Source of the DNA: Octopus bimaculoides
Taxonomy: Eukaryota
Length of the DNA: 35,016 bases
Direction of reading: 5' to 3'
Assembly (NCBI RefSeq): GCF_001194135.2
Contig: NC_068990.1
Span: 20,104,411 to 20,139,426 of the forward strand
In this document: positions 11,547 to 24,510 of the stretch, one piece after another
How the letters are laid out: each line of letters starts with the position of its first letter
How positions within the stretch are numbered: the stretch's first letter is position 1
Notes under the pieces: model-generated
What the model was told of the DNA's origin: nothing
The model's input: the letters and a program-made list of their open reading frames with translations, nothing else
The model's database searches: none
Program-made: the position numbers and the translations under genes

Positions 11547-12683
11547 NNNNNNNNNNCCTCTCACTGTTACTACTACTATCTCTCTCCCTCCCTACCTCTC
11601 GTTGCTCATTTTCGTTCTTCGACTCCTCAAGCTCGCACGTACTTCTTTGCTCCTCCAGTTCGTGCCTCAGAGAGTTCAATACATACTCACTTCACGTCTG
11701 GCTGTAAAGCCTTTTTGTTTGTTTATTTCACCGTTTCGTTTTCGTGTCTCGTTTTCCGTCCGCCACTACCCTCCACGAAAACCATTTAATTTGTGTTCGT
11801 GGGAAGAGCCATTTTAACAATGCATACTGCCTTAATTCTTCGAAACGCCGGGATTTTAATGGTGGCAGCTGATGAAGGAGATGTTTCTATGTTGCCTGCT
11901 CGTTTGTTGCACCTTGTTTACCATTTTGTCCATGTTCTTTTACCACGTCGTGTACCCAGTAATGTATCTATATGTACATGTGGATGAAGGTATATACATA
12001 CATGTACATATATATGCATATACTCATATATTGTTTGTATCACGACAGAACGCACGCGTTAACCTTTATACAGTAAGTTTAAACTATTTTTTAACGCGAC
12101 TCTCTCTATCTCTATATCTATCTCCCCCTCTCATTCTTCCCTCTACTGTTCTTCGCCTCTCCCTGTCACTACTATCTCTCTCTCTATCTCTCGCTGCTCG
12201 TCCTTCACCTCTCACTGTTACTACTACTATCTCTCTCCCTCTCTACCTCTCGTTGCTCATTTTCGTTCTTCGACTCCTCAACTCGCACGTACTTATTAGA
12301 CCCTCCAGTTCGTGCCTCACAGCGTTCAATACATACACACTTCACGTCTGACTGTACAGCCTTTTTGTTTGTTTATTTCACCGTTTCGTTTGCGTGTCTC
12401 GTTTTCCGTCCGCCACTACCCTCCACGAAAACCATTTAATTTGTGTTCGTGGGAATAGCCATTATAATGATGCGTACTGCCTTAATTCTTCGAAACGCCG
12501 GGGTTTTAATGGTGGCAGCTGATGAAGGAGATGTTTCTATGTGGCCTGATCGTTTGTTGCACCATGTTTACCATTTTGACCATGTTCTTTTGCCACGTCA
12601 TGTACCCAGTAATGTATCTATATGTACATGTGGATGAAGGTATATACATACATGTACATATATATGCATATACTCATATATTT

Positions 12684-12686
<3 letters not shown>
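11237..12686. repeat. Tandem array of a ~655-bp unit, ~2.2 copies (starts 11237, 11896, 12546), ending in (TA)n
   Basis: Units align throughout (e.g. ccgccactaccctccacgaaaaccatttaatttgtgttcgtggg, gtacccagtaatgtatct) with scattered substitutions; periods 659 and 650 bp. Confidence 0.95.
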
Positions 12687-12718
<32 letters not shown>

Positions 12719-13569
12719 TTATATATATATACATCTGCGTGCGTGTGTGTGTGTGTATATATATTCCATTCGCTTTGCTTATCTCTATCTCCTTCCTTCT
12801 CGTATTGGGTATTGGAATATTTGTGATCTGGTTTACGCCACACCTATATGTTCATTCTGCACATATTCAAATGATAGGCATATTAGTACACATAAACAAA
12901 CGTTGAACACTTACCCACGTATCACAACAAAAACACACTCTTCCATACACACTTGGGCTGAGGCTGTTTGTATTTCTAATTTATCCACCGATTCTTTGAT
13001 ATTGCATATCTTTTGATACCGCATATCAACACTTCAGCACAAAAGCGTCATTAGCTGTGTCTAATTAAAGAAAAGAAAACAAACAGAGAACACAAAAACA
13101 AGAAGAAATCCCCGTTGACCCGGATTATACCAAAAAGAAAAAAAAAAGCATATACAATAACATCATCCTTGTTTTTGTTGATAAGGTAGCGTGTATTAAC
13201 AAAAAACAGAAAAAATTATTTGGCAAATGTAATCTATTTTATGAGATAACGTTATTGTTTTACATATCTAGAATCTTTTTTTTTTCTTCATTTGTGATTC
13301 GGAGAGATTTCCTGCTTGTTACTCGAATTTATATCGTTGAACGTTGTTGTTGTTGTGGATGTTCAACACAATCAGCATTGCAACTTCCATATCCGTACTA
13401 CATCTGCAACGTTCCCCTCCCTCATATTTCGAGGATTTTCACTATTTATTTTTGTTTTGTTTTTATTGATTGATTTAATGTTTGTTTGTATTACTGTCTG
13501 CAGCGTTGTTATTTCAGTAGCTGTTCAAACCAGAGACTGATTTAACAGAAAAAATTGTCAAAGATTACA

Positions 13570-13704
13570 ATACATACACATACATAGACACATATACAAA
13601 CCTACACTCACACACACATATAAACACACACATATACATACATATGTCTATGTGAGTGTGTACATATTTATCTTAGCATCTCTCAAACACACACACACAC
13701 ACAT

Positions 13705-13786
<82 letters not shown>

Positions 13787-13832
13787 GCATTCATACATAC
13801 ATATACATACATACACAACACACATACACAGG

Positions 13833-13884
<52 letters not shown>

Positions 13885-13885
13885 C
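13570..13885. repeat. (CA)n-(TA)n-(TG)n compound microsatellite
   Basis: Direct reading. Confidence 0.95.
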
Positions 13886-16297
13886 GCAAGACGCACAAAC
13901 GTATAAGAATAGTTTTGTGTGCGGGATTACATTTTCTTCTAAAAAAACTTGTGTGTCTGATTCGTTCATTTCTTCTTGTAATTAAATTAAATTAACGTTC
14001 TATTCTGGATGAGATATGGGTTGCTGGAAAAAATAAGCTCAAACTTACAGTACATGCAAAATAAAAGTGGAAAAATATTACATTCATTTATACAAACGTT
14101 GTTAGAAATGTAATGTCTTTCAAACTGGTTGCTAGATATACACTACCATTAAATTCTCATCTCATATGAAGAGAAAATACTTTCTTTGGCTGATTTATAA
14201 ATGAGTTAGTTAATATTGTCACATATTTGTAAAAACAATATATATTATTGAATGAGATCCAATGAAGTAGTGTAACTTAAATGTAGTCCTGCCTGTATCC
14301 TTTACGATGCGGTTGCTTTGTGTTATACTAAACATAAGAAAATATCTTCCCATTAAATCTGCTTATTTTTAAATATTGGTTGTCATCTCACATATTTTAA
14401 GAATATTCAAATTAAGCATATATGCGTATGTTGCATAGGGAAATATGTTTCATAGTTCCGCAGATAGATGTCGATCACAGAAGCCAACTTGAAAAATGAT
14501 AGTGAAAGAATTGTTCGGTTTAAATGAATTTGAAGAATGATTAGAGAACTTTCATTTAATTCATATAATTCTATCGTGTTATCTACGACCATAAAACAAT
14601 CTTAGAGTTTGAAATGAGAATCTATTTGATAAGAGCTTTATGTCAAAGTGCACGCTCGTTGATAAACTTACACATTAGTATTAATTTTTTATATCTGACT
14701 TGCTAGTAAGAGTCAGTGAGATGTCTAGATGTATAAATGACCGTTATCCACTAAAGGCTTCTAGTGCTTGTTTTGAAACCCATACTCCACGGAATATCTC
14801 CAGTTCTAGCAAAGTTATTGATTAACGAATCGAGGAAAATTGTTTCCCTAACTTATAGAAAACGTTTGTAGATCATCTTGTTTTGAAACTCTCCGATGAC
14901 TATTTACAACTACTTCAACACACGTCATTCACCCCACGAAGAATGCAAAGCAAGTTGTCTGGTTGACTGGATCAACTGTGTTGTATGTATAACATTAGCA
15001 ACCATTCCTTTAACTCCTTGAATAAAAGCAATCTATATATTGCCATGCAGTGTAGTTTGAATTTTTCCAACTACATTCTTCACATATTTACAGTCATGCT
15101 AAATAGAATATCTAGTGCATACAGTGACCAAAACCGATCATGAATATTCATGCCACGCACTCCTCCAAGCAGAATAAAAATCTAAATGTACAAAATACAG
15201 CATTGCAGTGATACAAAGCAGAAAAATTAAAGCTAATGCTAATTTATTTGTAACGCGAAATTTAAATAGCTCACAGGAAGTTAAGCAAATATTTCAACAT
15301 AATTCGGAAAATATTTTACTGTGAACAGCATCACCAACAGCAATAAACAGAAAAACCACAACAGTATGAATTCAGGTCTCGTTTCGAGTGTCAACACGAA
15401 CACATTGTCTGTTGCTAGTGTTTTACCCAAAAGGAAAACTCTCGACATGAAACTTTTCCTTGTAAGATCAATAACCTGTGTGTCTAATATTCCAGAATTG
15501 ATCACAGAGATCTAGGGAAGTGGAATGTGGTATACCTACGTCTCTCGAAGCACGCTGCACATTTTTCTCGTCGCAATCAAATAAGAATTACAAACATTTC
15601 TTATAGATATTTTAAACGAGGAAACGTATATGAAACATAGTGAAGGGAAACGTATATAATACTAAATCGCTACCCACATGTTATGCAGAGGATGGGGCGA
15701 AATTCACGCCCAGATAGTACAGCTGCCCTTTTTGCAATGTAGAGTAGGAAAAGAAAAGCGTCAGGGACATTGGAAATATGAACCCTCGTTCACTTTTAGT
15801 TACCTTCGTAGCGACTACGTTGTCAGCGTTGTTTCATTTAGCGAAACATCTGATACCGTAAATCAAACAGAAAATAATACTAGAACTATATTCTGTACAG
15901 GAGAGATAGATACTAAACCTATGCATCGAAGGTAGCTGTTTCAGTTGATACATATAACGGCAAAGCCCATGTAAAAGACTTCTGCAAAGAAAGTACAAAA
16001 GATCAAAGCTTGTAACAACGGGCAGCGTGGATTATCCGTATTAGATCAACACCAGGCACAATTCGTGCGTTGGTAATTGTAGTCTCTTCCACGTTTTCAT
16101 TACCAGAAGTGAGACATGAGAAACAAAATCAATACACCCAGCCACAATTGGTCAAGATAAAGCGTCAATCAACGACATCAATACACAATGGTAAGATAAA
16201 AGAAAGGTAAAATGAAATACACGGTACAAAGTACATCATCTGCCAGAACTTTCTCTACTGAGAGCGCATCTTACGAAGATGAATAAATGGCCTAAAA

Positions 16298-16601
16298 CGT
16301 GGTACTCTGTTAGTTAGAACAGCACGGATTTCAGTTGATTCGATTAACAGAACAGCCTCGTCATGAAATCAACGTGCAAATGTTTGAGCACTTCACGGCA
16401 TCGTATGCACTTAACGTAGATCTCAGGAAGATTCAGCATGACACAGAATGTGACAAGACTGGTTCTCTGAATTATAGGTACAACTCATTTTCCCAGCTGA
16501 GTGAAGCAACGGGAAATAAAGTGTTTTGCCGTGTGGAATCGAATTTACGACCTTACAACAGTGAACCGAACATCCTAACCACCAAGCCATGCACCTTCAC
16601 A
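16298..16601 (-). mobile_element. SINE type 3b: tRNA-related head, CORE-like middle, same 3' module as 3a
   Basis: Head tgtgaaggtgcatggcttggtggttagg...aaattcgattcc. Module aacagcct...gaaatcaacgtgcaa...ttaacgtag...gattcagcatgacacag matches 10840-11025. Confidence 0.8.
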
Positions 16602-17927
16602 TCAATGCCCTACGGGGGAGTACGTATCCCAAAGATGAATAAAATGAAACATGTTTAATATACGCACATCACAACAACACTAAAACCTTACCTAGCAAAA
16701 TGATACCTCATTTTAAAGAGAAAATAGAAATGAACTGGCAAACTTCGCGAAGAGTTATTTCAGTGGTTCAGAAGACGTGACACTAATGCATCCAGTACAA
16801 CGTAAGAAGACCCCGTGGAAGATTATGGTTCTCCAGCGCTGAAGAATATTTGGATGACAGAATGCATTAGTGTTATTGGGCAATGAGATACAATGATTGA
16901 TGCAAATGGAGTTTTTTGTTTAATTCAAACATAAAGTTATTGTTTTATTTCATTCCTTTATTACTTGATTTTCATGTATTTTTTGGTTTACAAATTTTGA
17001 AATCATCCATTAATATATTGTAGAAATATTCCATAATCACTTTTAACATTTTATGAATTCTCAGAGCCCCAACAGTCGTTTTATAATTTCTTGACACTCT
17101 TCTCTCATCAAATGTAATTGAAAGGAATAATTTTCCTTTCGCAAATTATTTCACATGCTGAAGATTTTGCAATTTTACCCCTTACTAGGATTAGACAACT
17201 GTCCGTTTCCTTCACAAACTAATATTGCATTACACTCTGTCACATTACAAAATGCCTGCATTTACATCTTGATAAACTCCTTAGAAATATCGAATTTTCT
17301 GCTGCGTCTTACCTCATGTAGTTTTGCTTCTATGGATTCCTTATTCTAATCTTTTACTTCCAATGTATCATTTGTTATCGTTAATTGGATCTCGTTTCGC
17401 TTTTATTTACATATTGTTACATTGTATAACTCGTTTACTTTTCCATTATATAAATGAAACTTTCCTTCGTTTCTCAAATTTGTGTATGATATTTTAAAAT
17501 CATTGTCTGGTTGGGTTCTAGCTGCGGAATCCTGCTGTAATCCCCACTACAATCAAACAGACATAGTGATTCTGTCTGTTCGTATAATGCAACATGTTAA
17601 CCCCGAACAGAAAATCTTGCAGCACCCTAGTAAATATGCGATTTATTTCCGTTAAGTCGTTATTTTGTTTGAAGTTTAGGCAGGTATTTATGTTAAAACA
17701 TGTTTATCGATTTTGCTACGTTATCTTCTCATTCTTTATATTTTTGTTTCTTCCACAACAATGTTATCTCTGCTTGATCTGTTGTTCTGAGAGTTTTATT
17801 CAATTTGTTTTAGCTGCAGCGACGGGGATAATGTTTTGTGACTGCGTCTTTGTTTCAATGTTACTATGGGAGCGCCTATTGTTATTATGATGATGATGAT
17901 GATGTTGATGATGATGATGATGTTATT

Positions 17928-17966
<39 letters not shown>

Positions 17967-17969
<3 letters not shown>

Positions 17970-18192
17970 AAAAAAAAACATTCAGACAAATACATAACAA
18001 AAACACCAGGACTTACAAATATATATAACATACAGAAAATTGCACTACTGGGTACTGCACACATTCTACGCAAAACACTTTCAATACAGTAAACATAAGA
18101 GCACCACAGCAAACCACAGCACATACCCAAGGCGCACAGAGCTGCACTCGGTAGTGAAGTGAAAGCACGTTATAAAAATAAAACTACTGAAC
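17967..18192 (+). mobile_element. 5'-truncated Dong/R4-clade non-LTR retrotransposon 3' end (C-terminus, 3' UTR, TAA tail)
   Basis: Reads IKKKHSDKYITKTPGLTNIYNIQKIALLGTAHILRKTLSIQ*; the IQKxALLGTAxILRK motif is typical of the end of R4/Dong restriction-like endonuclease ORFs. Followed by (TAA)n at 18193-18249. Confidence 0.85.
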
Positions 18193-18258
<66 letters not shown>

Positions 18259-18290
18259 GATGATGATAATGATGATGATGATGATGATAA

Positions 18291-18620
18291 TAGATGAGCA
18301 CCAGGCACTGGCTCCCATGGCTTCTGATCTTAACTGATTGGAAGTGTTATCATGTACATTGATTTGTCTTGGTATAAAAGATGGGTTACAACAAATATTC
18401 TGCTAAATATCACAGATATCACAGACATCCTTGTCAGTTGTTCGACCTTAACCAGAGGAGCATATCCCTTAGTGGCTGACGATATGTGCATCTCAGAGCC
18501 AAGTGTTGAGAGGAATTCTTTGGAGATTCAATAATTCACCTATGAATATATAGATGTTTCATGCAACATAATTAAACAACCCTTATTCAATGACCATTTG
18601 AGTAGGATGTGCAACTCGAT
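18291..18620 (-). mobile_element. Unnamed interspersed repeat A, copy 2 (internal deletion)
   Basis: Reverse complement matches 1351-1650 up to the same 3' end (gccatgggagcca.tgcctgg) and matches 30715 onward at its 5' side. Confidence 0.8.
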
Positions 18621-18642
18621 CTGAAAAAAAAAGAAATTAATG

Positions 18643-18796
18643 GGTCCTACTTGCAACGTCATGTGCTGTTCATCGTGTCGCGCTCATATGGTTGTGATGC
18701 ATGTACCCTTATAAGACGGGTAGTCACGATGGATATAATGAGCTTCGTATATTTTACCCGAGTATCACTTTGGTGGCATGCACTACTCTCTCATCC
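18643..18796 (+). mobile_element. Unnamed interspersed repeat B, copy 1, (TAA)n tail
   Basis: catatggttgtgatgcatgt...acccttataagacgggtagtcacgatgg...cttcgtatattttaccc...tcactttggtggcat matches the reverse complement of 21946-22110. Confidence 0.8.
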
Positions 18797-19020
<224 letters not shown>

Positions 19021-20952
19021 AGCTCCTCTCTTCTATCTGCTTCATAACCTCCCCCGACGGTATCGCTAGCCTGTCGATTCATTTTGCCTCTCTTTAAGAC
19101 TAAGGCGCCACACGTTTTCAGTCCGAACCCCATTGTGATATCAGCACTGAAAGTATAAACCGTATCAACGAGGGAACTAACTTGGGCTCATCCATTAATA
19201 ACAAGTGGTTGACTTTTTGTTGGCAGTTTTCCTCGGAATCAGTTTTAGTGGTATCATGCCTCTCCTGATTTCTATTGTCCCTAAACCTCTTCCATATGCT
19301 GTCAGTTCCGCCCTCCAATTCGGCATAGTTTTTCCAAGCATTCGCTCAACATTCGATGCAATACAAAATAGGTTCATACATTCCACAATCCAAGAATATG
19401 GGATCTTATCGTATGCATGCAGTTTTGTCTTACAGGAGTTGATCCTTGGTATCTCTGCACTTACGCTTGCAGTCCTTTTCTCATGTGGCAGGGTCCATTT
19501 TTTTCCAGGTCTCCATACATTGACTTTGCGGCTATACCAGCCAATACTTTCCGTATAAGTGGTAAGCAGGATGTCGGCCTGTAATTGTCTACCGTATTGC
19601 CCTTTTCGATATTTTTCAAGCACAGCACTGCCGTACCCATTGTCAACCACTCTGTTGTTATTTAGTCGGTATTTAACAAGGTGTTGAGTTGTGCAGCTAT
19701 TCGTGCATGGCATTCACCAAATCTTTTGATCCAGTAGGCTTGAACTCTCTCTGGTTCCGGGACCTACCAGTTGCCCAACTTTTCATCTGTACACTCCGTT
19801 TATTTCTTTGTAGAATCTCTTCTGATCTACTCCGAATAACCTATTCTGCAGGTAACTCTTCATTCTTTGGATGTATCATAACATTTTTGGTTTCTTTGCG
19901 ACGAGGCGTTGCTTCAGTTTCCCCATTACCATTTTCAGGCCCTTTCTTTCAATATTATACTTCCTGTTCAGTGCCCTGCATTTTTGTTCGCTTTTAAGAT
20001 CCCCCTTTTCTTTTCGGTCTAACACAGAAATGTGCTTCGGGAAGATATCTAACCCCGCCTGTATTCTCCTTTTCCACCATGGATCTTTTTTGTCATTCCC
20101 ATTATATTTTTTTTCTTGACATTAACACCCACATTTTCTGCTACAACAATAGTTGCTGCCTTGATCAAATTATCTGTTTCTGTGATGTTTTTTGTTTTGA
20201 TGTATTTCAGAATTTCCTTCACATTTTTCTTTTCTTTTTTCAATATCCAACAATCATCCATTTTTTAAGATTGTAAATAATGTCGCTATAGTTCTCGTAT
20301 AGCCCTGCCTTTATTGTCGTAGATTGCATTTTGCCCATTTGTCATGTCACCATTAGTTTTATTGTCTTCTTCCAAACCATCCATATGTCTCATCGAGCAA
20401 GCTATCACTGTTCCTTTCTTCTAGTTTATTAGAGATTTCACCTCTGTTTTCTGCTATGAGATTACTTTTATCAGAAAGAACTGTATTTTCATCGTTTCCT
20501 CTGCTACTGATTTCCATTACCCGTCTTTTGATAGCTTCGCGCTCTACTTCTGTGAACCAACCATTTTTCTTTATTGCTCTATCTTGAACACATAATCTCT
20601 ATTCCGTGGGTTGCAACAATCCTCTTTCTCTCCATTGATCATACATATGTTGTCGGTATCCCCTAAGATGAACACCCTTTTCATCTACGGGGTTGCTCAA
20701 TTGTTCTGGTTCCTTGCTGGATAACGACAGGCTGGAGTTGGACCAGTATGTCTGAGCCTGTCGAGTGCAACGCTGTCACTATCAAAGGCTTCAGTTTCAT
20801 TACCAACATTATTCACAATATTTTGTTTTTTCGTTGTCACTCATATGAGGTAACGATTATCAGGTTGCGCAATTACCAATGTTTTTTTATTGTGACACCA
20901 TCATTAGATGTATCATCAATCGAAGCAAAATGAGATTCCGACCGCTTCATTT
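19021..20952 (-). mobile_element. Degenerate Dong/R4-clade LINE: N-terminal region, pre-RT region and reverse transcriptase, with stops, frameshifts and deletions
   Basis: Manual minus-strand translation gives RGYRQHMYDQWRERG..RLCVQDRAIKKNGW, DPWWKRRIQ, LKQRLVAK..QNRLFGVDQKRFYKEI, NYRPTSCLPL, AYDKIPYSWIVECM, EIRRG, VNHLLLMDEPKL (FMDD-equivalent) and MGFGLKTCGALVLKRGK, all characteristic of R4/Dong ORFs. Confidence 0.9.
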
Positions 20953-21891
20953 CATTATTATTATCATCATCACTGATATTATTATTTTCATTTTTTTCCT
21001 ACTATTTGTCATTGTTAGTATTTCCTCTGATCCGATATGTGTTTTGGCTAAATTATTATTATTATTATCATTAATACCACCATCACCATTATTACCTTCA
21101 TTATTATTATTTCCATTTATTATTAAAATGTATTATTAAATGTTGTTTAGTTTGAACTTTTGTCTTGTACTTGAGATGATCATAAATATGTGAGTGTTTA
21201 AGGGAATAGTAGGAGCAAAATATACAGATTGATGAACAGATTAAATTCCACAGGTCTGTAAATAGATTCGGCAGATGTTGAAGAGATCAGCAATGGGCAT
21301 TCCTGTGCGATAACGAGACAAAAGCGACCTCACACTCTTGGGCTCTATTCTTTCTGGTAGCTATGTTTCTCGGCATAAATATTTGTTTATATTTTAAACT
21401 GAGTCACTCAGTTGCATTTTTTTATTCGTTTGCGGGAAGTCGCTCTGTTTTGTTTGTGCTCGTGACACGTGTTTTTCCTTTTATTTTCCGCGTGTGTACG
21501 TGTGCGCCGTGTAAGCATTATTTCTGTTGTTTATAAATATTAATATGTGTACATGTTGCAGTATAGTGTACATGTTTCACTTGCATGTTTAGGTAACTAT
21601 TCAAATTAAGTGCTTACTGTGTCCAGGTTTCCTATTGCTTGATTCGGCTTCTTGCGCTTGTTGCATTGAGATAGCATGCATTTAACAAATAAACTACTCT
21701 TTATATGACAAACATCTTTCCATTTTTTTAGTTTCTCTGCTTTAATAGAAATTTAACCACAGTTGTATTGCAAGCTTTTCCTTCCATCGAACCGATGTTA
21801 TTGGACTGAGATTAATTTGTGGAGAGACCTTCTTAGTGTACGTCCATATAGATATTTAGCCCGGAGTTATCATACTTATTATTATCGTCAA

Positions 21892-21945
<54 letters not shown>

Positions 21946-21946
<1 letters not shown>

Positions 21947-22110
21947 GATTGAGAGAGCAGTATATGCCATCAAAGTGACACTGGGGTAAAATATACGAAG
22001 CCCATTATACCCATCATGACAACCCGTCTGATAAGGGTACACCAGGCACATGCATCACAACCATATGTGCGTAGCATAGTGATCTCATATCAAGAAGAGC
22101 TACAAGGACC
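21946..22110 (-). mobile_element. Unnamed interspersed repeat B, copy 2, tail = (TTA)n at 21877-21946
   Basis: Reverse complement matches 18643-18796. Confidence 0.8.
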
Positions 22111-23327
22111 CTCTTACCCGCCTCAGACTCTCCCCCTTTGCCATGCCACTCATAACATTTTTTTTCTGTCCATTGTGGCAAAGTAGAATTAAGTTATATG
22201 ATGGACATGACTGAAATGCACAGAAATCGGCACTTTTCAAATATTCCATGATTCACTGCACGAGGAAAGGAAGGCAGGAAGTGAGGTGCTCCCCATTCAG
22301 TAAATTCTTTGAATGGTGTGTGAAATTAGCGAATAAAATATGTGCAAACGGCCCCACTCAGAACATGCACTTTTTGACCGGGAAAGGAAATAGGGACGTC
22401 AATCATCCGCTAGATGATCAAATATATCGAGGTTTTTTGGTACTTCTTGATGGGATTTAAAGATCTAGCCCTGCCGTAATTTTGTATTTTGTTATCCGTA
22501 ATCTATATTTGTCTTCTTTAAGCTAACAAAGGAATTATTGTCTTTTTTCTTTTGTTTTATTTGGGCTGATAGTATGGAGTGTCCCATTATAAATTGCTAA
22601 AAATAGAGCCAAAATATTTGATAGAAAACCGAGATAAGAGTTGAAGCAGAATGTCATGAAGATTGTACAAGAGATAATAAAATGTAATGTTAATGCGAGA
22701 TGGAAAACTAGTGAAGCATTCAGGAAACCATTGTTAACATATATAATTATCCGAAAGATGGTGCCATAACTAAACAATGCAAAATATATAATCACATTCA
22801 TCTTTCCAAATTTCTAAAAATAAAATAAAAAAATTAAAAGAAATGTTTTAATACAATATGATAATTCAATGAAATATTACAAAAATCATGAGTAATTGTA
22901 GATTTTCTAATATTAGTGTTCAGAAGATTTCCATAGACAAATTTTGTTCAATGAAAGAAAAGGGCAACACGGTACAAACAAACAATAAGGATTTGATTTG
23001 TCATGAAATCTGATGTTATTTTTATTCCCTGAAATCTATGGCAGCATCTCGTCTAAGGCTTTCTAGTCATGGCCATTCCATGTTTTACACTTTGCCTTTC
23101 TATTTTTAAGAAGTCATAATCCCAAATCTCCTTCGTAAGCTATAAGAAATGGGCTTGGAATTATATAGTCACCTGATATAGCTGGGCTAATAATATTCAC
23201 TGAAAACTATGAATATTTATTGAAAATAAAGGTTGCCTTTGTAATTCCCATTCAAAAGAAGATCGTGATAAAGCGAAAAATGTAATGAAAGTAATTAATT
23301 GCTTTATCATATTTGTCCCAAGCTGTT

Positions 23328-23502
23328 AGCTGCAGAATCTTTAGCACTCGGAAAAAACGCTTAGGGCATTTCAAATTTTATCAAGATCAACTTTGCCTCT
23401 CCTTCTTTTGGGGTCGATGAAGTTCCAGTTCAACAGTGGAGTCGATGTAATCAACTTACCCTCTTCCCTGGAATTTCTGGCCTTATGCCGAAATTTGAGA
23501 CC
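23328..23502 (+). mobile_element. SINE type 1, internally deleted
   Basis: agctgcagaatc head, ctttgcct...ggggtcgat core and ggccttatgccgaaatttga tail. Confidence 0.8.
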
Positions 23503-23649
23503 GTTATAATTTTTCCATTCGTTCATCATTTGATAGACACAAGCAAAACCATTGTTCAATTTTGGACAGTGGTAAAAACGATCACCTCGAAACTATTACT
23601 TGAACGGTACTTCCTCTGATAAAATTCGATGGGGAAGAATTTAACCAGA

Positions 23650-23730
23650 GCCGAGTTTGAAATCGGAGCACAAAAAAAAAAAAAAAAAAAAAAAAAATCA
23701 GCCAGAAGAAATACCGCAATATATTTTTCA
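23650..23730 (-). mobile_element. Possible SINE type 1 head fragment with an internal A26 run
   Basis: gagtttgaaatcggag and gaagaaataccgc flank the poly-A run in the order expected for a reverse SINE head. Confidence 0.4.
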
Positions 23731-24399
23731 GACAATATGAATAATGTTCATGTCTACAAGGTTTTAGATTGATGTAAAGACAAACATGTGCAGGTTGTAG
23801 CTATAATCCTTTTACATATGTGCAATTTCAAAAGCGAAATCTCTAGCAAAGTTTGTAATTTACTCAGTCGCTAATACCTTAGTTGCGAAGGACCAATCAA
23901 CGAAATACACGGAGAAAAACGATTAATCGGGAATTTCTGCCTGTTGTGGTTTCAGGCAAGAAAACCGAAATTGAATTTTGTTCATCCAATGACTCATGCT
24001 TAAGTATATTTATTTGTGGCATCTTCTTTTTTTAATCGGTAGAGTGTAATTTCTTCAAATTTCATTACTATTATTTGTAGAATTTTATAGACATTTCTTC
24101 ACTTACTTAAAATTCATAACTACTAATTCCTGCCTATTTTGAAATGTAAGTTAAGATTTATCAACTGTCGCTGTTTCACTATCTTGTAATATGGAAACAT
24201 TATTTCTAATGGATATATTTATTTACATACACGTGAAAATTTATTACTAATAGGTGTTAAATGATTTCAAGAATTGCATTAACAGCTATAATTTCTCGCC
24301 GAGACATAACTCGTATCGCTTTCGTTTCTTTTTTTTTTTGTGCTATACATGGTTGCTGTCTCATCAAAACTTCAATTTATAGTATTGTTATCTATCGCA

Positions 24400-24510
24400 C
24401 ACGCGCGCGCCACACACACACACACACATACATACGCACGTACACACGCACGAACGCACACACACACACACTCACACGCACTCACACGCAAATGCACACA
24501 CAAACACACA
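24400..24510. repeat. Degenerate (CA)n microsatellite
   Basis: Direct reading. Confidence 0.9.

Noticed and set aside
11255-13016. Repeated 150-164 aa ORFs in the tandem array
   Set aside because: They use different starts and ends, cross TA/CT microsatellites and a gap, and show no recognisable motif.
14859-14964. Branch point/acceptor followed by KTFVDHLVLKLSDDYLQLLQH...
   Set aside because: No convincing donor before the stop and no recognisable homology.
15620-15656. GGAAACGTATA twice
   Set aside because: Short direct repeat with no CUGANGA or stems nearby.
21400-21520. CpG-containing patch with AP-1, E-box and GCGGGAA motifs and a GTAAGC donor
   Set aside because: Short motifs without a coherent promoter layout or exon; expected by chance.
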